DNA of 32,000 bases. Origin: Ignicoccus islandicus DSM 13165. GTDB lineage: Archaea > Thermoproteota > Thermoprotei_A > Sulfolobales > Ignicoccaceae. Of the stretch, positions 26,847 through 32,000 are shown piece by piece. Numbering within the stretch: the stretch's first letter is position 1; every line of letters begins with the position of its first letter. The position numbers and the translations under genes are program-made. Below the pieces are notes generated by a model. It was not told the origin of the DNA. It saw nothing but the letters and a program-made list of their open reading frames with translations, and did not search any database. The stretch lies in contig NZ_CP006867.1 in assembly GCF_001481685.1 (NCBI RefSeq), positions 540,001 through 572,000 on the forward strand, given 5' to 3'.

Positions 26847-28142
26847 ATGAACGCAAAGACTCTGTTAGTGGTCGTTTCATTATTAATTCTAGCCCTCTCT
26901 GAAAACATGGCCTTTGGACCCTCCGAAGTACTACTTAAGGAAATATCCTTCCTCAATGAGACAATTAAACCATGTGGTACGTGGACTACGTGCTCAGTTG
27001 CATACGCCAGCGACGTAACTGTTGACATTCAATCTATACTTGCCGGGGCCCTATACCCATTAGATGTCAATCCTCTAAGGTCATATTTAGTGCTTTTTGA
27101 CAGCGTTATTGATTCAAACAGGGACTTGATATCCCAAATACCCATATTACCTCCTCAGCAGGGCCGAAATGAGCCGGAAGTATTTACGTTTCTACCGGCC
27201 CTACTTTTTCTATCATTTGGATATGATTATTCTCAGTCCAAGTTGGTAAGATTATTCGAACAATGGATCCTTGCCAGTTTTTCGAATATTGGTGTAAGAT
27301 TCTATTCAGATGAAATGCGCTCGTACGTTTACGGTAGTGGAATAAAATACGACTTATTCCCGACGCTACTTTCCTTAACTTTGAGCTTCAAGAGTGCGCA
27401 AAGAGATGGTATCTTAAATGGAACTAAATACAAGTCTCTGCTCACTAAGGACTTCTGGAGCGAGTACATACAGTGGATTGAAAACACACCAAGTGAGTCA
27501 CCATACTACCTAAGGCAACTACCGAGAGGGTTAGCTATACTTGCTGCAATACCATATGAGGAACTTAGAGGGATCTGTGAAAAAGTTGTGAAAACCGATT
27601 TTGATAATATATATAGAGAATATGAGAATGGGGAATTAATTTCTAATGAAGATACTAATTACTTGGCAGCCATAGGAATAGCTATTAAGTGGTGCAACGA
27701 TAAATATAACATTTTCAATTCCCAAAAACTTGAAAAGGTCCTTCAGTGGATCTACCTTTCAATAATACACCTACAAAATGGAGTTTTGACTTATAGTCCG
27801 TTAGTATATGGAATTTATGAAATTCTAAATGGAATGAATAGTACTATACGGTTCGTACTAGACCCTCATTCTTCTCTTAAAAATTTTGTAGAAAAGAGAA
27901 AAAGAGTGTTAGGGAACCTATCCTCGAGTACTTCAAATGTAACCACTCTGAAGATCTCAAATGAAACATTGATAATATCTACAATAACGTTAGTAACTAC
28001 CTTAGAGAAAGAAGCAAACGTCACATCTCTATTCTTCACAGATACGGAGAGTCAAGAAACTACAACTGTTTACGAAGTACCTGCCCCTTACCTCTTGTTT
28101 ACGATGATTCCGATTTTGAGGAGACGTTCATCTCGATCCTAA
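26847..28142 (+). CDS. Putative exported surface protein (431 aa)
   Basis: N-terminal signal-like MNAKTLLVVVSLLILALSENMAFG; C-terminal Thr/Ser-rich stretch, then YEVPAPYLLFTMIPILRRRSSRS. Confidence 0.7.
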   Translation: MNAKTLLVVVSLLILALSENMAFGPSEVLLKEISFLNETIKPCGTWTTCSVAYASDVTVDIQSILAGALYPLDVNPLRSYLVLFDSVIDSNRDLISQIPILPPQQGRNEPEVFTFLPALLFLSFGYDYSQSKLVRLFEQWILASFSNIGVRFYSDEMRSYVYGSGIKYDLFPTLLSLTLSFKSAQRDGILNGTKYKSLLTKDFWSEYIQWIENTPSESPYYLRQLPRGLAILAAIPYEELRGICEKVVKTDFDNIYREYENGELISNEDTNYLAAIGIAIKWCNDKYNIFNSQKLEKVLQWIYLSIIHLQNGVLTYSPLVYGIYEILNGMNSTIRFVLDPHSSLKNFVEKRKRVLGNLSSSTSNVTTLKISNETLIISTITLVTTLEKEANVTSLFFTDTESQETTTVYEVPAPYLLFTMIPILRRRSSRS

Positions 28143-28170
28143 AGCCAGATTTTTAATAATAAATCAAGAG

Positions 28171-28581
28171 TTACTTGCCGCCACCTCTTATTCTCATTAT
28201 TTTGTATACATTAGGTGGTAATATCCAATACTCAACTTCAACTCCGGGCTCAAGCTTACTCTTTATCTCTTCTTCCTCTGGGAGGGGTACTTCGAATGTA
28301 TCGTAGCTCTCCATATCCATTAGTTGAACACTATCACCGGTTACTGCAAGTACTTGTCCAACCCTCTTTTCTATTATAGGTACCTCGACTCTAGTATCAA
28401 CCGGTGCTACTAACGTTTTCTTGGAACCACTAAGTAAACTTATGGCAACTACGTTAGCTTTTGCACTACCATGTTTTCCTGTCTTCGCCTTGCTGATAGA
28501 GACTATCTTACAAGGTTCACCATCAATCATGATGAAGTTACCAACTTTCAATTCGCCAAGCGTTGCATACGTCTTTGACAT
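28171..28581 (-). CDS. eif5A: Translation factor aIF5A
   Basis: Hypusination loop [20 protein letters not shown]. Confidence 0.96.
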   Translation of the reverse strand: MSKTYATLGELKVGNFIMIDGEPCKIVSISKAKTGKHGSAKANVVAISLLSGSKKTLVAPVDTRVEVPIIEKRVGQVLAVTGDSVQLMDMESYDTFEVPLPEEEEIKSKLEPGVEVEYWILPPNVYKIMRIRGGGK

Positions 28582-28615
28582 GATTGATCACCGATGAGTA
28601 GTAGGGACGTGGAAT

Positions 28616-28626
28616 AATTATAAATG
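28616..28626. promoter_or_regulatory. TATA-like element readable in both directions (aattataaatg)
   Basis: TTATAAAT on the plus strand and ATTTATAA on the minus strand, about 40 nt upstream of the aIF5A ATG and about 25 nt upstream of the plus-strand kink-turn element. Confidence 0.45.
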
Positions 28627-28642
28627 AACCTATGATCTCTAT

Positions 28643-28725
28643 TTACTGCGGCACACCCACTTGACGCCATCTCGAAAATAGATGGTGGATGAAAGTGGGG
28701 GCTAGATTGGCCTCTGATAGAAACA
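28643..28725 (+). ncRNA. Candidate kink-turn ncRNA, H/ACA-like
   Basis: CCCACTT (28656-62) / AAGTGGG (28693-99), tandem GA (28663-64) with GA (28691-92), 3-nt bulge GAT (28688-90), 8-bp C-helix CGCCATCT/AGATGGTG, 7-nt loop; ACA at 28723-28725. Confidence 0.5.
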
Positions 28726-28861
28726 TCAAAGCTTTGTCTGTATTGTAATTAAAGTCAGCTCAAAATTAGTATCGTAATGCTTTAAAAACTAGAAGAAAGG
28801 CTTTCGTTTCAATTATGGTTACATATCTACATATAAAAATTGTTTCTGATAGATATTTAGT

Positions 28862-29905
28862 TTATCCGAAGAGCGCTCCGAGGCCGGCGCTTAGATCCTC
28901 TTCAGATACTTCCTTCTTTTCCTCTTCCTCCTCCTCTTTTTGTTCCTCCTTCTCTTGAGTTGTGCTAACTGGTTGCGTAGCTTGTATATTTGAAATCTCT
29001 ATTCCTAGTTCCTTCGCTAAGTCACCAAGCTGAGATGCTAACGCATAGGCTTGGGCCTGGGCCTTTGACATTAGGTAAGGCGCCGACTCCTTTGTCAACC
29101 ACGCACTTTCTACAGCTAACTTTAAGGCGTTCTGCATGGCCTTTGTGAGGCTTAGTTCGAGTACCTCTGGAACGGGGTAAGCTATCTCTGCACCAAGTTT
29201 CAATGCATTCAGATATGCTTCCATTAGTTCCTTCTTGTAGCTTTCGATGTCAAGTAATAGTTCGGATGCTGGTACCCATCTACCGAGGGACTTTATGTAA
29301 GCTCCCTTTAATTTCAATTTAATTTCTACTGGTGTAATACCTAAGGTCATCAATACGCTCACTAACTCGGGTGAGATTACATCGCCCGGTTTGGCTACTA
29401 CGGTATCCTTCGCAATATGTATAGTTCCGCCTTTTACCATAGTCTTTATCTTCAATTTTCCAAAGGTTGAAAGCATTGGACCGGGCTTCAAACCGGTATC
29501 CATTGCTGGAATGACTATTTCGGTCTCCGCAATATCGCCGGGCTTGGGGTAACCTGGTACGGAGAATTTTGATATCTTTAGAGCCACAAGGAAGGGGTTC
29601 TCGTCAGTTGCTATGAATAGGTTAGTACCAGTAAGCGCTTCATCCATTTCCTTTGGCAATTCTATGTTCGATTTTTCGAAAGCCTTACGGACAATGTTGT
29701 TCTTTAAAGTTCTTATATATTCTAGCTCTTTCCTGTACTTCTTCCTGAATTTGTGAACAACATTCGCTGGTGTCTTAGTTAGATCTACTACAAGGAAAAC
29801 ATCGTGTTTACTTAGTTGCTCTGCCACTTCGTTTAGCATTCTGACTTTCCATTCGGGATATCGTTCTCTAACTTGCGCTCTGGTAAAGCTTTCGACCGCG
29901 CTCAT
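28862..29905 (-). CDS. rpl10: 50S ribosomal protein uL10 (P0)
   Basis: VFLVVDLTKTPANVVHKFRKKYR; C-terminal acidic tail EEEEEEKKEVSEEDLSAGLGALFG. Confidence 0.95.
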   Translation of the reverse strand: MSAVESFTRAQVRERYPEWKVRMLNEVAEQLSKHDVFLVVDLTKTPANVVHKFRKKYRKELEYIRTLKNNIVRKAFEKSNIELPKEMDEALTGTNLFIATDENPFLVALKISKFSVPGYPKPGDIAETEIVIPAMDTGLKPGPMLSTFGKLKIKTMVKGGTIHIAKDTVVAKPGDVISPELVSVLMTLGITPVEIKLKLKGAYIKSLGRWVPASELLLDIESYKKELMEAYLNALKLGAEIAYPVPEVLELSLTKAMQNALKLAVESAWLTKESAPYLMSKAQAQAYALASQLGDLAKELGIEISNIQATQPVSTTQEKEEQKEEEEEEKKEVSEEDLSAGLGALFG

Positions 29906-29911
29906 GGTTCA

Positions 29912-30568
29912 TCACCTTCTAACTGCTATAAATGGGGGACCCATAGTCGTTTTTATTATAACCTTACTAACTTGATGTTGCGCGTTGGGTAGCTTCCTTT
30001 CTAATGCTTGAAGCACAGCATAAGCGTTCTCGGCAAGCTCTTTTACATCCATATCCTTGGTGCCTATTCTACACATCACTTGCGGCTGTTTCCTAATCCT
30101 TATGTTCACGGATTTCTTATATTTCTCTATTAGATTTTGAAGAGGTGCATTAGGAGGCACCGGTATAGGAGCCTTTCCTCGTGGACCTAAGGCTGGACCT
30201 AATACCTTACCAGCGAGACCCATTAGATCGACCTTTACTAAGACCCAGTCACAAGTACTGGCCAATTTCTTAGCTCGTTTCTTATCCATGTTTTGAAGTT
30301 CCTCGCGCGTGATTACATTAACACCTAGTTTCTGGGCAGTTAACGCCATTTCACCATCGGCGACCACGCAAATATTGACATCTTTATGAGGTTGGTATGG
30401 TAGTTCAACTACTTCTCTAATTCTTCCCTCTGGACCTTTCAAGTCTATGTCCTTTAGGACCACTATCATTTCAACTGACTCGAGAAAGTTCCTCTTCGGC
30501 GATTTTTCTATGGCATCCTTTACAGCAGTTTCAATCCATTCTAACTCGGCACTCACGGTTCTTTTCAC
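29912..30568 (-). CDS. rpl1: 50S ribosomal protein uL1
   Basis: GPALGPRGKAPIPVPPNAPLQNLI. Confidence 0.95.
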   Translation of the reverse strand: MKRTVSAELEWIETAVKDAIEKSPKRNFLESVEMIVVLKDIDLKGPEGRIREVVELPYQPHKDVNICVVADGEMALTAQKLGVNVITREELQNMDKKRAKKLASTCDWVLVKVDLMGLAGKVLGPALGPRGKAPIPVPPNAPLQNLIEKYKKSVNIRIRKQPQVMCRIGTKDMDVKELAENAYAVLQALERKLPNAQHQVSKVIIKTTMGPPFIAVRR

Positions 30569-30592
30569 CCGTTGTCAGTAACATTAAAGGGT

Positions 30593-31105
30593 TTAACTAA
30601 CTGATTCCCACTCTTCTTCATACTTGCTTAATACTTCATCATAAGCTCCTTCATCAGTTAATCGGGTAACTTCTTTTGGATCCTTACCATCTACAGTAAG
30701 TCCTATCGCTCTGGCAGTACCTAAAACTGTCTTGACTGCTCCCTTGAGAGTCTTAGCAGTCAGCTCGGGTGCTTTCAGTAGGGCAACTTCTATAACTTGC
30801 TCATAGGTTAAGTTACCTACTTTCTGATGTATTGGATCGCCAGATGGTTTGGAAGCTCCCGCTTTCTTCAATAACAAGTCCGTAATGTTTGGTGGAATTA
30901 TTTCTATTTCATATTCCTTGGTCTCCTCGTCTACGATTACCTTCACTGTCACTTCAAAGCCTTTATATCTCTTTGTCATTTCGTTTATTTTGTTAACAAC
31001 CTCCTCTACTGGTAATCCCACTGACTCTAAGGCAGGCTTTATTGGGGGTATAGGCTTCGCTTGCCCACCTTCAATCGTAAATGTCAGGGTCTTCTTAGGC
31101 ATCAC
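30593..31105 (-). CDS. rpl11: 50S ribosomal protein uL11
   Basis: [48 protein letters not shown]. Confidence 0.95.
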   Translation of the reverse strand: MMPKKTLTFTIEGGQAKPIPPIKPALESVGLPVEEVVNKINEMTKRYKGFEVTVKVIVDEETKEYEIEIIPPNITDLLLKKAGASKPSGDPIHQKVGNLTYEQVIEVALLKAPELTAKTLKGAVKTVLGTARAIGLTVDGKDPKEVTRLTDEGAYDEVLSKYEEEWESVS

Positions 31106-31109
31106 GTCT

Positions 31110-31547
31110 TCACCTCTTCACGGGCTTCACGTAATCCACAGGCACTGTGATTTGGAGGGGGTACGCAGCTTCTAAAATGTTAAGTACAACTTCGTTCTTT
31201 GAAGGATCCTTGAATTCAACTCTTGCTTTCATCCCTTTGAATGGACCTGCAACGAGTTCGACTATGTCTCCTACGTCTATGAGTTCTATTACTGGTGTTG
31301 GTCTTATTAACTTTACTACTTCGTCAACCTCCATTCTTCTACCTGGCCCTCCTCTCACGTCCCTTATTCCTCTAATGACCTCTAGTACTACGTAGGGTGC
31401 GGGCGCTTCAACTAAAACGAATCCTTTTAGACGAGGTGGTACTACAACTGACCTCACATCGAGTCTAGAAGACTTGGCACGACGTTCTATTATTAATGCA
31501 ACATCTATCTCTCTACCAGTAGTTGTTCGCACAGGATAGAACGGCAT
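31110..31547 (-). CDS. spt5: Transcription elongation factor Spt5 (NusG-like NGN and KOW)
   Basis: NGN-like domain then [24 protein letters not shown] motif. Confidence 0.93.
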   Translation of the reverse strand: MPFYPVRTTTGREIDVALIIERRAKSSRLDVRSVVVPPRLKGFVLVEAPAPYVVLEVIRGIRDVRGGPGRRMEVDEVVKLIRPTPVIELIDVGDIVELVAGPFKGMKARVEFKDPSKNEVVLNILEAAYPLQITVPVDYVKPVKR

Positions 31548-31560
31548 GAATATCCCACCT

Positions 31561-31767
31561 CTATTTAAATAGAAACATGACTGCTGTCGCTTTTATTAGG
31601 TACGATAATGTTCCAATCACTGCCATAGACAAGAACACTACTTTAATTATGGCATTGAACTCCTCTGGAGAGGGCTTAGACGCTTTCGCTAATATCGATC
31701 TCCATTCATAAATCATTTCTACAATCTTATTAATGTAATAACTAAACGATTTCAGCTTTACATCCAT
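31561..31767 (-). CDS. secE: Preprotein translocase SecE/Sec61-gamma
   Basis: 68 aa single-TM protein, KASKPSPEEFNAIIKVVFLSMAVIGTLSYLIKATAV, located between spt5 and ftsY. Confidence 0.9.
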   Translation of the reverse strand: MDVKLKSFSYYINKIVEMIYEWRSILAKASKPSPEEFNAIIKVVFLSMAVIGTLSYLIKATAVMFLFK

Positions 31768-31770
31768 TCT

Positions 31771-32000
31771 CTAATCACTCCCCATAATTCTTTCCACTAA
31801 CCATTTAGGATCGAACCTTATCAAATCATCGTAACTTTGGCCTACGCCAAGATACATAACTGGTTTCTTGAGAGTAGCAATAACGCTCAAGGCGGCTCCT
31901 CCTTTTGCATCCGCATCGACCTTGGTTAGGATAATTGCGTCAATACCTACAGCTTCATCAAAGAATCTTGCTTGCTCGAGAGCGTCATTACCCGTAAGGG
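31771..32000 (-). CDS. ftsY: FtsY, signal recognition particle receptor, 5' part outside window
   Basis: Manual translation of the C-terminal part: [74 protein letters not shown]. Confidence 0.94.
   Translation of the reverse strand, partial: LTGNDALEQARFFDEAVGIDAIILTKVDADAKGGAALSVIATLKKPVMYLGVGQSYDDLIRFDPKWLVERIMGSD

Noticed and set aside
1-32000. Search for CRISPR arrays, transposases, integrases, toxin-antitoxin pairs or defence genes
   Set aside because: None seen; gene content is core metabolism, translation, transcription and secretion, and the intergenic spaces are too short for an undetected island.

Overview
This is a gene-dense, moderately AT-rich archaeal window, most likely from a hyperthermophilic crenarchaeote (an inference from gene order and protein character, not a database result). 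Most of it is core housekeeping sequence. Minus-strand genes include a 5'-complete, 3'-truncated anaerobic NTP reductase (nrdD), ABCE1/RLI, hisD, a CstA-like carrier, TrkH and an Lhr-type helicase. There is a long ribosomal/RNAP operon (uS13-uS4-uS11-RpoD-eL18-uL13-uS9-RpoN-uS2), then RdgB/HAM1-Bud32, Alba, aIF5A, and uL10-uL1-uL11-Spt5-SecE-FtsY. Plus-strand genes include a MoaD-MoaE fusion, a MoxR-type AAA+ ATPase, a three-gene module around an ArsA/Get3-like ATPase, a small L24e/TRASH-like zinc protein, hisA plus a small protein, a sugar nucleotidyltransferase and a putative surface protein. Two tRNAs are present: Glu(TTC), and Tyr(GTA) with a 66-nt intron. I see no CRISPR array, transposon, integrase or recognisable defence island, and no convincing new multi-gene system. 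The most interesting leftover signals are RNA-level: a textbook kink-turn hairpin in the aIF5A/uL10 intergenic region (H/ACA-like), a GC-rich structured intergenic element upstream of the rps13 operon, a possible C/D-box sRNA, and a probable non-canonical CTG start for rps13.
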